64,000 nt of DNA from the NCBI GenBank assembly GCA_016182655.1, contig JACPGB010000024.1, positions 30,549 to 94,548 on the forward strand, written 5' to 3'. The position numbers and the translations under genes are program-made. Within the stretch, counting starts at the first letter, position 1. Each line of letters opens with the position of its first letter. The notes under the pieces were generated by a model. That model was not told where the DNA came from. It ran no database searches and saw only the letters and a list, made by a program, of their open reading frames with translations. Shown piece by piece: positions 54,535 through 64,000 of this stretch. This stretch comes from Deltaproteobacteria bacterium (GTDB lineage: Bacteria > Desulfobacterota > GWC2-55-46).

Positions 54535-55542
54535 TTAAACTACATCGGTGAATTCGACCTCGGTCTCCTCGAGCACTTTCTTGAGCTTGAGAAGCGCCTT
54601 CGCCTCTATCTGCCTCACCCTCTCCCTCGTTATGCCGAACCGTTTTCCCACGGTCTCAAGCGTCTCCGGCTCCTTTCCGTCGAGGCCGAAACGCATCCTG
54701 ATGATCGTCCTCTCGTTAGGATCGAGCGTGTCCAGCCAGACCTCTATTCGCGCGGCTCTTATAGTCGCGTCGGCCGAGGCTATCGGCTCGGGCGCGGAGG
54801 TGTCCTCAAGCACGTCGAGGAGCATCTGCTCGCCGTCCTCGGTCACCGGGGACTCGAGCGAAAAGGTCTTCTTGTTTATGGTGTGGAGCTTCTTTACGTA
54901 CCTGCCCGAGAGCCCCGTCTTCTCCGAGAGCTCCCTTACGCTCGGCTCCCTGCCGGATGAGGCGGAAAGCTCCCTTTCGGCCCTCGATAGCTTCGAGATG
55001 TCCGTGGAGATATGGATAGGGAGCCTGACCGTATTGGCCTGGTTCGCTATCGCCCTGTCTATCGACTGCCTTATCCAGTAAGTCGCGTAGGTGGAGAACT
55101 TGCATCCCTTCGAGAGCTTGAACCTCTCGACCGCCTTTATAAGGCCGATGTTCCCCTCTTCGATCAGGTCCTGGATAGGGAGCCCCCTGTTCAGGTATCT
55201 CTTGGCTATGTTGATGACGAGGCGAAGGTTCGCCTCTATCATCTTCCTTCTCGCGTCACCGTCGCCCCGGGCTACCCTTCTGGCGAGGTCTTTTTCCTCC
55301 TCGAGCTTCAGGAGCGGTATCTTTTTGATGCTGTTAAAGTATATGGTTACGGAATCGGCGGAGAGGCCCTCGTCAGCCCCTCTCCTGGCGCCTTCGTCGG
55401 CTCCAACTCCATCGTAGTCCCGCGAGGGACGCTTCAGACCGCCTGAAAAGCGGTCCTTTCTGCCTCCGTCAAGCCCCTCCGTCGGGGCCGGACGGAAGCC
55501 GCCTTCCGGTATCTCCTCGTAGCAGAGATACTCAACTGACAT
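54535..55542 (-). CDS. Group 2 sigma70-family factor (RpoS-like)
   Basis: Regions 1.2, 2 (NLRLV, DLIEEGNIGL, FSTYATYWIRQ), 3 and 4 (TRERVRQIE); no region 1.1. Confidence 0.9.
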   Translation of the reverse strand: MSVEYLCYEEIPEGGFRPAPTEGLDGGRKDRFSGGLKRPSRDYDGVGADEGARRGADEGLSADSVTIYFNSIKKIPLLKLEEEKDLARRVARGDGDARRKMIEANLRLVINIAKRYLNRGLPIQDLIEEGNIGLIKAVERFKLSKGCKFSTYATYWIRQSIDRAIANQANTVRLPIHISTDISKLSRAERELSASSGREPSVRELSEKTGLSGRYVKKLHTINKKTFSLESPVTEDGEQMLLDVLEDTSAPEPIASADATIRAARIEVWLDTLDPNERTIIRMRFGLDGKEPETLETVGKRFGITRERVRQIEAKALLKLKKVLEETEVEFTDVV

Positions 55543-55686
55543 TCAGGACCATCTCCTTCCACGGAGCCGACCCCGTCCAGCCTCTCGGCTGTGGGATCGC
55601 CTCCCGCACTCCTGGCGCCTCGGACCGCGCATCGGTCCTTGGAGCGCCAGAGGCCTTACGCTTGCATTTCGCCGTCCTTAAGTCCC

Positions 55687-56286
55687 TTAGAAGTGCGACT
55701 CGGCGTAGCTCACGAGCCCCTTCTGGTCGGGCTTCATGCCTGCCTCGCCCTTCTGCCAGTTGGCCGGGCAGACCTCGCCGTGCTTCTCGTTGAACTGGAT
55801 GGCGTCCAATACCCTCAACACCTCGTCTACGTTCCTGCCGAGCGGCAGGTCGTTTATCGTTATGTGACGTATCTTACCGAGCTTGTCGATTATGAAGAGG
55901 CCGCGTAGCGCTATCCCCGGCTTTTCGACAAGCACCCCGTAGTCCCGGCTTATCGACTTGTCGAGGTCGGAGATGAGCGGGTAGCTTATGTCTCCTATGC
56001 CGCCTTTCTTCCTCTCGGTCCCCCTCCACGCGATGTGCGAAAAATGGCTGTCGACCGATACGCCGAGCACCTGCGCCTTCCTCAACTCGAACTCCTCTAT
56101 CCTCTCGCTCATGGCGATGATCTCGGTCGGGCATACGAACGTAAAGTCCAGCGGATAGAAGAAAAGAACGACATGCTTGCCCCTGTAGTCCGAAAGTTTT
56201 ATCTCCTTGACCGAACCGTCCTCCATGACAGCCTGCGCCTTGAAGTCCGGGGCCTCGTTCTGAACTATCGCGTTTGTCTCCGTCAT
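55687..56286 (-). CDS. ahpC: Typical 2-Cys peroxiredoxin
   Basis: [24 protein letters not shown]. Confidence 0.93.
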   Translation of the reverse strand: MTETNAIVQNEAPDFKAQAVMEDGSVKEIKLSDYRGKHVVLFFYPLDFTFVCPTEIIAMSERIEEFELRKAQVLGVSVDSHFSHIAWRGTERKKGGIGDISYPLISDLDKSISRDYGVLVEKPGIALRGLFIIDKLGKIRHITINDLPLGRNVDEVLRVLDAIQFNEKHGEVCPANWQKGEAGMKPDQKGLVSYAESHF

Positions 56287-56323
56287 TTTAAAATTCCTCC
56301 CATTTCTTTTGTTTTTTTTATTT

Positions 56324-56743
56324 TTACTGTTTCGTCGAGCAGTCCCTGCAAACGCCGTGAAAGTCTATGTGGTTGCCCGTGGGAGTGAACTCCTTGATGG
56401 TCTCCTCCGGCAGGGTCAACGCCGCCGAGTAGTCGACGAATATGTCGCCGATCTTGCCGCAGGCCGTGCAGATGATGTGGTGGTGCGGCGACGGGTTCGG
56501 GTCGAAGTGCTTCCTCTCAGGGTCTATCGTAACTTCAAGAAGGTCCCCCCTGTCCCTCAACGCCTGTACGGTGTTATAGACGGTGGCGAACGAGACGGTC
56601 GGGTGCTTCTTCTTTATCTCGATAAAGATGTCCTCGGCGGTCGGATGATCAGTGTTCCCCTCGAGGAACTTGAGTATAGCGAGCCTCTGGGGCGTGAGCT
56701 TGAACCCCTTGCCCTTGTATCTGTCGATTATCTTCCGCACCAT
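56324..56743 (-). CDS. perR: Fur-family regulator, PerR-like
   Basis: [33 protein letters not shown]; adjacent to ahpC. Confidence 0.85.
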   Translation of the reverse strand: MVRKIIDRYKGKGFKLTPQRLAILKFLEGNTDHPTAEDIFIEIKKKHPTVSFATVYNTVQALRDRGDLLEVTIDPERKHFDPNPSPHHHIICTACGKIGDIFVDYSAALTLPEETIKEFTPTGNHIDFHGVCRDCSTKQ

Positions 56744-56775
56744 CTCTCCCGCCCCTTTATCAAACGGCCCTCAGT

Positions 56776-56816
56776 TTAGAATAATTCTATTATAATATAT
56801 TTACCAATCTTGTCAA
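56776..56816 (-). promoter_or_regulatory. perR promoter with Per box
   Basis: TTGACA-16 nt-TATAAT; palindrome TTAGAATAATTCTAT (56776-56790) over the start site. Confidence 0.8.
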
Positions 56817-57087
56817 GCGGGAAAGACAGGGCACCCTTTCATCTTACAAATTATTGATTTATAAGGGGTTTTTATGAGGGAATCCGGCGGCAGGGGCGGG
56901 ATATTGTTCAGGAGAAGCACACAAGTACATGCTGACCAGCAGGGCGCGCGAAGGCCCGGAGAGCTCATACCCCGTATTCGGTTTTCACTTGATTTCCGTC
57001 ATGTTAAAGGTAATATCATCATGAGATAATTCATTAAAGGGCCGAATAACGTTTTTCCTCGCGAGAAAAAGATCAAGGAGAATAACA

Positions 57088-57576
57088 ATGCTTTTTTATC
57101 TTATGCACATCATACACATCATTACGGTCATCCTCTGGATAGGCGGGCTCGCCTTCGTCACCATGATAGTCCTACCAATGGCCATAAGCACCCCGGACGC
57201 CCTCCAGAAGGTCCTCACATTCCAGAGGGTCGAACACAGGTTCGCAAAAATAGCCCGCGCCTACAACCTCATAACCGGCATATCCGGTTTCATCATGGTC
57301 TTCCTCATGGGCTGGCATAAACTCCTCTTCACCCGCGCCGGCATCCCGCTCACCTTCATGACCGTCGTCTGGGTATTCTGGTTCGTCATGCTCTTCGGAC
57401 TCGAACCCATAATCATAAGAAAGATGCTCGATAACATGGCCAAGGGCGGCGCAAAGATGGACATAGACGGCGTCTTCAGGAAACTCAACAAGATGCACTA
57501 CTTCATGGTCGCCATCTCCATGGCCGCAGTCATAGCCGGAGTCCTCACCGCCCACGGCCCCGTGGCGCTGTATTAG
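57088..57576 (+). CDS. Hypothetical 4-TM membrane protein (CopD-like N-terminus)
   Basis: SD AAGGAG; HIIHII..ILWIGG motif; hydrophobic helices. Confidence 0.75.
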   Translation: MLFYLMHIIHIITVILWIGGLAFVTMIVLPMAISTPDALQKVLTFQRVEHRFAKIARAYNLITGISGFIMVFLMGWHKLLFTRAGIPLTFMTVVWVFWFVMLFGLEPIIIRKMLDNMAKGGAKMDIDGVFRKLNKMHYFMVAISMAAVIAGVLTAHGPVALY

Positions 57577-57577
57577 A

Positions 57578-57716
57578 CTACCTCTAAAAATTGTTATTTT
57601 TCCCGATCTCTGCGTCAGGTCGGAAATAAAAATGCTCACATATGTTCCATATATGCTGCGCTTTTTATTTCCGCCCTTCCTTGACCTCAGAAAAAATTCC
57701 TAATTTTTAGAGGTAG
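57578..57716. repeat. Family A element copy 3
   Basis: Perfect 15-bp TIR CTACCTCTAAAAATT/AATTTTTAGAGGTAG. Confidence 0.92.
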
Positions 57717-57763
57717 CTTAAGTAAAGACCCTTCGGGGTTTATTAAAAAGCCCCAGAATGTCC

Positions 57764-58285
57764 TTACCTATTACGCTCCAGGCCGAGGAGGGTTTTCTTG
57801 ATGGAGAGGCCGCCGGTATAGCCGCCGAGGGTGCCGTCTTTCCGGATTATGCGGTGGCAGGGGATGATGACGGGTATGGGATTTGCGCCGCAGGCCGTGC
57901 CTGCGGCGCGGACTGCCCTGGGGTTGCCGGAGGCATGAGCGAGACCGGCGTAGCTAATGGTCTCTCCGGAGGGCACTGAGGCGATCGCCTTCCATATCTT
58001 TAGCTCAAATTCGGTTCCAAGCGGCGAGAGCGGAAGGTCGAAGGCAAAGGGCTTGCCCGAGAAGTATCTGTCGAGCGCCTTCGCGGCCTTGAATGCGTCC
58101 GGGCCTTTTTTCAAGGCCGCGCCGTACTTTTCTTTCATCCGTTTAAGAAAGGCGACTTCCCCGCCCTTCGGGCTTATGACGAGGTCGGTTATCGCGGCTT
58201 CGGACGCGGCGATGAAGAGCGGCCCCAAAGGGGAGGCGTACTCTATGAAGCTCTCAGGCGGGACATGTTTTTTGAATTCCTTCAT
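57764..58285 (-). CDS. ogt: Methylated-DNA-protein-cysteine methyltransferase
   Basis: SPLG, RAAGTACGANP, IPCHRII, LGGY. Confidence 0.92.
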   Translation of the reverse strand: MKEFKKHVPPESFIEYASPLGPLFIAASEAAITDLVISPKGGEVAFLKRMKEKYGAALKKGPDAFKAAKALDRYFSGKPFAFDLPLSPLGTEFELKIWKAIASVPSGETISYAGLAHASGNPRAVRAAGTACGANPIPVIIPCHRIIRKDGTLGGYTGGLSIKKTLLGLERNR

Positions 58286-58336
58286 ATATTAAGCATATGA
58301 TAAAATGAAAGAAATTTGAATCGAAAAGGAGGCTCC

Positions 58337-58717
58337 ATGTTGAAGAAAGTCTCGATCCTCTTTGCGTTCCTCTTTGTCGCACTGTCGTTCCAAAGCGCTT
58401 ACGCCGGACACAAGGTCATAACCGGGCCCGAGCTCGAGGCCATGATGAAGGACGGGCAGCCCGTCGTGATAGTCGATGTCAGAGAGCCCGAGCTCTTTGC
58501 CAAGGGGCATGTCCCCGGCGCGATAAACATCCCGTACGAGGACAACTCGCAGAAGAGGGTATTGAAGGAGCTGAACCCCAAGGACCGCATAGTCTTCATC
58601 TGCCACGGCGGCCCCATGGGCGACGAGCTCGGCGACATACTTGTGAATAACGGATACAAAAGCGTCTACAACGTCGCCGGCGGCATGAGAAAGTGGAAAG
58701 GGCCGTACGCAAAATAA
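58337..58717 (+). CDS. Exported rhodanese-domain protein
   Basis: SD AGGAGG; signal peptide; DVREP..GHVPGAINIP, ICHGG, GGMRKW. Confidence 0.88.
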   Translation: MLKKVSILFAFLFVALSFQSAYAGHKVITGPELEAMMKDGQPVVIVDVREPELFAKGHVPGAINIPYEDNSQKRVLKELNPKDRIVFICHGGPMGDELGDILVNNGYKSVYNVAGGMRKWKGPYAK

Positions 58718-58759
58718 ATTAATTACCTGCCAGCGATAAGCGCGGGCTGGCCAACTTTT

Positions 58760-58890
58760 TAAAAAAAATTAGATATTTTTTTCTGAGGTCAAGGAAGGGC
58801 GGAAAATAAAAAGCGCAGCATATATGTTAATATGTGAGCAGTTTTATTTCCGACCTGACGCAGAGATCAGAAAAAATGGCAATTTTTTTA
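58760..58890. repeat. Family A element copy 4 (inverted, eroded termini)
   Basis: TCTGAGGTCAAGGAAGGGCGGAAAATAAAAAGCGCAGCATAT...CTGACGCAGAGATCAG. Confidence 0.88.
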
Positions 58891-59291
58891 TGAACCTCAA
58901 GCTCGCCATCCTCACCTGGGTCCTAATGGTGCTGTTCGCCATAGGAAACGGCGTATTCGCCGAGTTCGTGCTGGCAAAGGCGCTCGGCGCGTACCCCGTC
59001 CATCTCTACAAGAGCATCCTCGCGATAGCCGTCATCTTCATCGCGTCGCGCATGTACCTTAAGTACGCGTACCCCGACGGCCCGACGCTCCGCGCCGCCG
59101 TCTATACCGGGCTCCTCTGGTGCGCCTCATCCATCGTCTTCGAGTTCGGCTTCGGCCACTTCGTCGTGGGTCTCCCGATGGAGCGGCTCGTCGCGGACTA
59201 TAGGATTTGGGAAGGCAGGCTCTGGTCGCTTGTCCTCGCCTCCGAGCTCCTTTTCCCCGTGCTCAACTTCTTCCTCTCATACAAGGATTAG
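58890..59291 (+). CDS. Hypothetical membrane protein
   Basis: Start MNLKLAIL (the upstream in-frame extension is repeat-derived); FEFGFGH..LVADY..GRLW. Confidence 0.75.
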   Translation: MNLKLAILTWVLMVLFAIGNGVFAEFVLAKALGAYPVHLYKSILAIAVIFIASRMYLKYAYPDGPTLRAAVYTGLLWCASSIVFEFGFGHFVVGLPMERLVADYRIWEGRLWSLVLASELLFPVLNFFLSYKD

Positions 59292-59363
59292 CCGAGCGTC
59301 CGCTTCACAAACCCGATATCTCTGGCAGACTAATAAGGATGAAAACTCTTGAGGACGGGCCCT

Positions 59364-60572
59364 ATGGCGTCCAATGAACCCAGGCACATCCTTACCGTAA
59401 ACAGCGGCTCCTCCTCCATAAAATTTTCGCTCTACCACATAGGGCTCTACGGGTACGAGGGGCTTAAACTCTCCGGCAGGCTCGAAAGGATCGGGCTTGA
59501 GGGCGGTATTTTCATCGCCCGCGACGCCGGTGGAAAGACGGTCAAGGAGGAGAGGACCGGTCTACCCGGCCACGATGCGGCCTTGAAACTCCTTTTGGAG
59601 TGGCTCTCGACCGTCCCCGAAGGGGAGCGGATCGACGCCGTCGGCCACAGGGTCGTCCACGGCGGCGTAAAATACAGCAGGACCCAGGTCATAGACGAGG
59701 AACTTCTCGATACCCTCCGGGCGCTCGTCCCGTTCGCGCCCGAGCACCTGCCTCACGAGATAAAGGCGATAGAGGCGGTCTCGAGGTGCTTCCCGGATAT
59801 AATGCAGGCGGCGTGTTTCGACACCGCCTTTCACAGGAACATGCCCGAGGTCGCGAAGGTCTACGGCCTGCCCGCGCGCCTTCGTGACGAAGGTGTCGTC
59901 AGGTACGGCTTCCACGGCCTCTCGTACGAATATATCCTTGGCGAGCTCAAGGAATCGGCGGGAGAGAAGGTGGCTTCCGGCCGCGTCGTCATAGCCCATC
60001 TCGGGAACGGCGCCTCGATGGCCGCCGTGAATAACGGGAGGCCCGTTGACACCACCATGGGTTTTACGCCCTCGGGCGGCCTCGTCATGTCGACGAGGCC
60101 GGGAGACCTCGACCCCGGGGTCGTCGTATATCTCGTCAGGGAAAAGGGCATGGACGCCGAGGAACTCTCGGAGCTTCTGGACCACAAGTCCGGGCTCCTG
60201 GGTCTCTCCGGCATAAGCCCGGACATGAGAGACCTTTTATCCAAGGTCGACGACGAGCCTCGGGCGGCGCTCGCCGTGGAGCTATTCTGCTATCAGGCAA
60301 GGAAGTCTCTCGGTGCGCTCGCGGCAGTCCTCGGAGGCATTGACACGCTCGTCTTTACCGGCGGCATAGGGGAGAACTCGCCGGAAGTAAGGGAGCGGAT
60401 ATGCAGGGACCTCGAATTTCTGGGAATCGCGCTCGACGCGAAGAAAAACGGCGCGAACGCGCCGGTCATTTCGCACTACAAGAGCCATGTGGTCGTGCGT
60501 GTCATTAAAACGAACGAAGAGGTGATGATCGCAAGGCACACGGTGAGATTGCTCGGAGAGGGGGTGCCCTGA
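59364..60572 (+). CDS. ackA: Acetate/propionate kinase
   Basis: NSGSSSIK, GHRVVHGG, FDTAFH, RYGFHG, HLGNGAS, FTGGIGEN, TNEE. Confidence 0.95.
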   Translation: MASNEPRHILTVNSGSSSIKFSLYHIGLYGYEGLKLSGRLERIGLEGGIFIARDAGGKTVKEERTGLPGHDAALKLLLEWLSTVPEGERIDAVGHRVVHGGVKYSRTQVIDEELLDTLRALVPFAPEHLPHEIKAIEAVSRCFPDIMQAACFDTAFHRNMPEVAKVYGLPARLRDEGVVRYGFHGLSYEYILGELKESAGEKVASGRVVIAHLGNGASMAAVNNGRPVDTTMGFTPSGGLVMSTRPGDLDPGVVVYLVREKGMDAEELSELLDHKSGLLGLSGISPDMRDLLSKVDDEPRAALAVELFCYQARKSLGALAAVLGGIDTLVFTGGIGENSPEVRERICRDLEFLGIALDAKKNGANAPVISHYKSHVVVRVIKTNEEVMIARHTVRLLGEGVP

Positions 60573-60588
60573 CGGGGGAAATTTTCTA

Positions 60589-61180
60589 TTGCGGGTTTTA
60601 GGTTTGTAACCTGATCGAGACCCATATGCGCTTCTGCCTAAAGCCTTTTTGCGCGCTCCGCGCGCTTTCGGCGATGGCTCCGAGCGCTTTCCTCCTCCCC
60701 CGCTCGGCGCGGGCCCAATTCAAATCGGGTATATTATATCTAACCTAAGCACAGCCGTCCGATACGGATATGCCCGTCCGGCCAGGACCGTTCGCTCGCC
60801 CCCCGAGCGCTTCGCGTCTATCCTCCCCCGGCTCGCTCGCCCCAGCCGCCCTGAGGCGCTCTCCGCCATGCGCCCGGGTGTTGGTAAGACAGAACAAAAA
60901 CAAAATTCTTTTTTCGTTTTTCAAAACCCCCCAGGCATGGGGTGAGCGACCTTAAGGGAGGACGCCGTATCGCGAAGCGTGAGCGTCCGGGGAAGTAAAA
61001 AGGCGCGACAGCTTACTCAGGGGCGAGCGGTCCTCGCCGGACTGGCAAATCCGTATCGGACAACTGTGCTTAATGTAGACTTAAGCCCCATGCCGAAAAA
61101 AAGCCCGGCAGGGCGCAAAAGAAGCAGAATGTTCGTATAGCCAATACAGGCGCTATCGAGTTGCAAACCTGAACCCGCAA
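60589..61180. repeat. ~590-bp imperfect palindrome (two diverged ~300-nt arms)
   Basis: 60747-60790 vs reverse complement of 61028-61071: 39/44 identical; outer ends TTGCGGGTT..GGTTTGTAAC / GTTGCAAACC..AACCCGCAA; symmetry continues to a centre near 60902. Confidence 0.85.
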
Positions 61181-61182
61181 AT

Positions 61183-61425
61183 GAACTACCCCGCCGCAAG
61201 CAGCGGGTATCTTCTAATACCTCCCCTCCCTCGATGGGAGGGGACTGAGGGGAGGGTGACTGCTCGGCGCAGGGCCAAAGTCACCCGGAGCCCCACTGGA
61301 TAACATGAGCCCCGGATGTTGGCTACGGATTTGCCCGCCCGGCCAGGGCTTCACCCCCACCCCGGCCCTCCCCCATCAAGGGGGAGGGAGTGAAAAAACG
61401 CGGCAAGCCGCGGAGTATTTAACTC
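61183..61425. mobile_element. IS200/IS605-like end pair (GCAAGC-loop hairpins) enclosing a REP doublet with cargo (61219-61393)
   Basis: TACCCCGCCGC-AA-GCAGCGGGTA and CGCGGC-AA-GCCGCGGAGTAT flank the REP doublet. Family assignment is from recall. Confidence 0.5.
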
Positions 61426-61437
61426 TAAAGAGAGAAT

Positions 61438-61468
61438 AAAAAAACACCCCGCTCACGCGGGGTGTTTT
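61438..61468. terminator. Terminator of the M23 gene (potentially bidirectional)
   Basis: AAAACACCCCGC-tcac-GCGGGGTGTTTT. Confidence 0.85.
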
Positions 61469-61503
61469 CATTCCCAAAAAACCAATAAGCTCTCGCGCCC
61501 CTT

Positions 61504-62835
61504 CTAAATCCCCTTTGCCGACGCAGTCTTCTCCACGCGCCCCTTCGACGCGGTTATTGTGATATCTCCCGAGAGCTTCCCTGCGACTTCGTCCTTTATC
61601 GCCGCGAAGCGCTGTTTTTCCTTCTTCGAGATCGCGCGGTCGGAGATGGCCTTGATGGAGAGCGGATTTATTAGGCTCTTACCGAGGTGCACCTCATAGT
61701 GGAGGTGCGGCCCCGTAGATATGCCGGTCGAGCCGACGAAGCCTATCACCGAGCCCTGGTCTACCTTTGAGCCGGTCCTCACCCCTTTGGCTATCCTGGA
61801 TAAATGGCCGTAGGCGGTCGAGTAGTTGTTGTTGTGCTTTATCATGACGAAGTTACCGTAGCCGCCCTTCCACCCGGCGTATACGACCCTGCCGCTTCCG
61901 GCGGACTCGATAGGCGTGCCGGTCGGCGCGGCGTAGTCGATGCCGTGGTGCGGCCTGTACCTTTTAAGTATCGGGTGGAACCTGCCCTTCGAGAAGTGGC
62001 TCGTGATCCTCCTGAACCGCAAGGGCGACTTAAGGAGCGTCCTTCTTAACGACCTCCCCTCGGCGTCGTAGTAGCTCCCGCCGTCGGCGCCCTCGAACCA
62101 ATAGGCCGTGTATTTCTTGCCGTCGTTCACCATCTCGGCCCCGAGGATGCGCCCGGTCTTACGCGGGGCGCCGTCGATATAGAGGGCCTCCGCCAATATG
62201 CTGAACGAGTCGCCCTTTCTGATGTCGGATGCGAAGTCCACGTCCCACGCGAATATGTCCGAGAGGGCCATTATAGCCTGGGGGTCGGCCCCGGCCTTTA
62301 TGCCGTCCTCGTATAAAGAGTTCTCTATCGTCCCGGAGATGACCGTCTCCATCATCTCGTGCGGGAGCTCGGCCTTTGTCGCCTTGAACGAGTCTTCGCC
62401 GTCCCTCTCGACCAGAAGGGTCGCTACGTCGCTGTATCTGTACTCTATCTTATCGAGCAGGTCGTCTTTGGTGAAGACGCGGAGCACCGTGTCCTTTTTA
62501 AGGTGCTTGAGGTCGTATATCTGCCTGGCCGCCTCCCTTACCTCCTCGGCCTCGGTCCCCGGCACGTTCAACACCGACATTATCTGGTAGAAGGTGTTCT
62601 TATCCGAGAGCCTGAAGTCGTAGCGCGAGACAAGGGGCTTCTCCTCGACCGCTTCGGCGGCAGTTGGCGCGGGCGCCTTTATTATGGCACCGGTGTTGTC
62701 TTTGTTGGATGATGCTTCGGGGCTCAGGAAGAATATTATCGTCAGAAAGAGGGCGACGCCCGAGAGCGCCGCGATGATGAGGGGCCTCAGATCCTTGCGC
62801 GTCTTTTGAACGTCAAGAACGCTGTTTTTTTCCAT
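61504..62835 (-). CDS. M23 family peptidoglycan DD-endopeptidase (MepM/OapA-type)
   Basis: SD AGGAGG; N-terminal TM; HHGIDYAAP, YGHLS, STGPHLHYE. Confidence 0.92.
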   Translation of the reverse strand: MEKNSVLDVQKTRKDLRPLIIAALSGVALFLTIIFFLSPEASSNKDNTGAIIKAPAPTAAEAVEEKPLVSRYDFRLSDKNTFYQIMSVLNVPGTEAEEVREAARQIYDLKHLKKDTVLRVFTKDDLLDKIEYRYSDVATLLVERDGEDSFKATKAELPHEMMETVISGTIENSLYEDGIKAGADPQAIMALSDIFAWDVDFASDIRKGDSFSILAEALYIDGAPRKTGRILGAEMVNDGKKYTAYWFEGADGGSYYDAEGRSLRRTLLKSPLRFRRITSHFSKGRFHPILKRYRPHHGIDYAAPTGTPIESAGSGRVVYAGWKGGYGNFVMIKHNNNYSTAYGHLSRIAKGVRTGSKVDQGSVIGFVGSTGISTGPHLHYEVHLGKSLINPLSIKAISDRAISKKEKQRFAAIKDEVAGKLSGDITITASKGRVEKTASAKGI

Positions 62836-63009
62836 CCGTCCTCCTCCTTTTTCAGGTGAGTCCTCACGGTGTGATGTCAAGGCGTTTTCCAGTCCCTCCG
62901 GTTTTCAGCTTCTAAGGTATTTTCCTGCAAATCTTATTAGAAAAGGGCGTAAGCTGTCAAGGATTTGTTTCCGTTTTTCAGAGAAATTTCGCGGCTGTGA
63001 CAAGGGCTC

Positions 63010-63038
63010 TTGACTTATTCGCTCCCTCGCAGTAATCT
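63010..63038 (+). promoter_or_regulatory. Putative sigma70 promoter of the HD-GYP gene
   Basis: TTGACT-17 nt-TAATCT. Confidence 0.55.
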
Positions 63039-63052
63039 TTTTCCGGGACGAT

Positions 63053-64000
63053 ATGCCGGAAGAACAAAAAACCCTGACCCCTGCCCTAAGCAGGGACAAA
63101 AAGGCCAGGATACTCGTCGCTGACGACGACAAGTTCTACCTGGAGGTCTTCTCCGACCTCATACGGGAGCTCGGCCATGATTTCGCGACCGCCGAGAACG
63201 GGCTCGAGGCTATCGAAAAGGTCCGCTCCTTTCAGCCCGACCTCCTCATCATCGACGTCGTCATGCCGGGCATGACCGGGTTCGAGGTGACGGGGAGACT
63301 CCGCGAAGACCCGCTCACCATGCACATCCCCGTAATGATCGTCACCTCTCTCTCGGACAAGGACTCAAAGATAAAAGGCCTACTTAACGGCGCGGACGAG
63401 CTCCTCTGCAAGCCCGTGGACGAAAACGAGTTCCGCGTAAGGATCAGGAACCTCCTCAAGGTAAAGAAGTACGAGGACTTCCTCGTGGAGCACGGCAAAC
63501 AGCTCGAGGGCGAGGTCATAGACAAGAGCGTGCAGCTGGAGCGCGCCTTCGAGAAGATCAGGAACGGCTACATCGAGACCGTCTACAGGTTGACGCTCGC
63601 GGCCGAATCCCGCGACAAGGAGACCGGCGGCCACATAAAGAGGATCAGCCTGTATTCCCAGCTCCTCGCCAGATACCTGGGGCTAAAGGAGCCCGAGGTC
63701 GAGGCGATATTCTTCGCCTCCCCCATGCACGACATAGGAAAGATCGGCATACCGGACTCCATTCTCCTTAAAAAAGGCGGGCACACGAAAGAGGAGTCCG
63801 AGGTGATGCGGACTCACACCATAATAGGCGCGAACATATTGAAGGGGTCGGATTCCGAGATATTGAAGGCCGCCGAGGAGATAGCCCTTAACCACCACGA
63901 GAGCTGGAACGGGGCCGGCTACCCGCGCGCGATAAAGGGCGAGGAGATACCGATATCCGGGAGGATCGTGAACATAGTCGACATCTACGACGCGCTCCGC
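63053..64000 (+). CDS. Response regulator with HD-GYP phosphodiesterase (RpfG-like); 3' end runs off the window
   Basis: Not in the ORF track; MPEEQK..ILVADDD..IDVVMPGMTG..RDKETGGH..MHDIGKIGIPD..HHESWNGAGYP..DIYDAL. Confidence 0.92.
   Translation, partial: MPEEQKTLTPALSRDKKARILVADDDKFYLEVFSDLIRELGHDFATAENGLEAIEKVRSFQPDLLIIDVVMPGMTGFEVTGRLREDPLTMHIPVMIVTSLSDKDSKIKGLLNGADELLCKPVDENEFRVRIRNLLKVKKYEDFLVEHGKQLEGEVIDKSVQLERAFEKIRNGYIETVYRLTLAAESRDKETGGHIKRISLYSQLLARYLGLKEPEVEAIFFASPMHDIGKIGIPDSILLKKGGHTKEESEVMRTHTIIGANILKGSDSEILKAAEEIALNHHESWNGAGYPRAIKGEEIPISGRIVNIVDIYDALR

Noticed and set aside
60589-61180. Group II intron, retron msr-msd or IscB omega-RNA
   Set aside because: No domain V or GTGCG start recognised, and no reverse transcriptase, IscB or TnpB gene nearby

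Overview
GC-rich bacterial chromosome segment whose gene content suggests a deltaproteobacterium-like (Desulfobacterota/Nitrospirota-like) organism; the taxonomy is inference. The housekeeping backbone includes: B12-dependent ribonucleotide reductase with tandem NrdR boxes; crcB; tol-pal; c-di-GMP enzymes; AsmA; ccsA-queE-Lon; a CDF exporter; modABC behind a Moco-type riboswitch; an anaerobic cobalamin (cbi) cluster with Co uptake and a B12 riboswitch; a DacZ-like cyclase; petABC; perR-ahpC-sigma; ackA; an M23 peptidase; and an HD-GYP regulator. Five things stand out. (1) An AT-rich ~1.9 kb island (9.94-11.84 kb) with an IS1-like end carries an unannotated module: DUF5343-like gene, degenerate CCA-ending tRNA-like element, switchable leader with face-to-face promoters, 40-aa basic peptide, and a predicted antisense RNA. 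(2) A sigma54-driven Fap-like amyloid secretion operon has non-canonical subunits that all carry double-glycine-type leaders. (3) An adjacent sigma28-driven protein contains an FrpC-like Asp-Pro self-processing module. (4) The bc1 complex has atypical cofactor-site motifs. (5) There is a rich, nested set of non-coding hairpin repeats, including a ~590-bp imperfect palindrome. All calls come from reading the sequence by eye; no searches were run.
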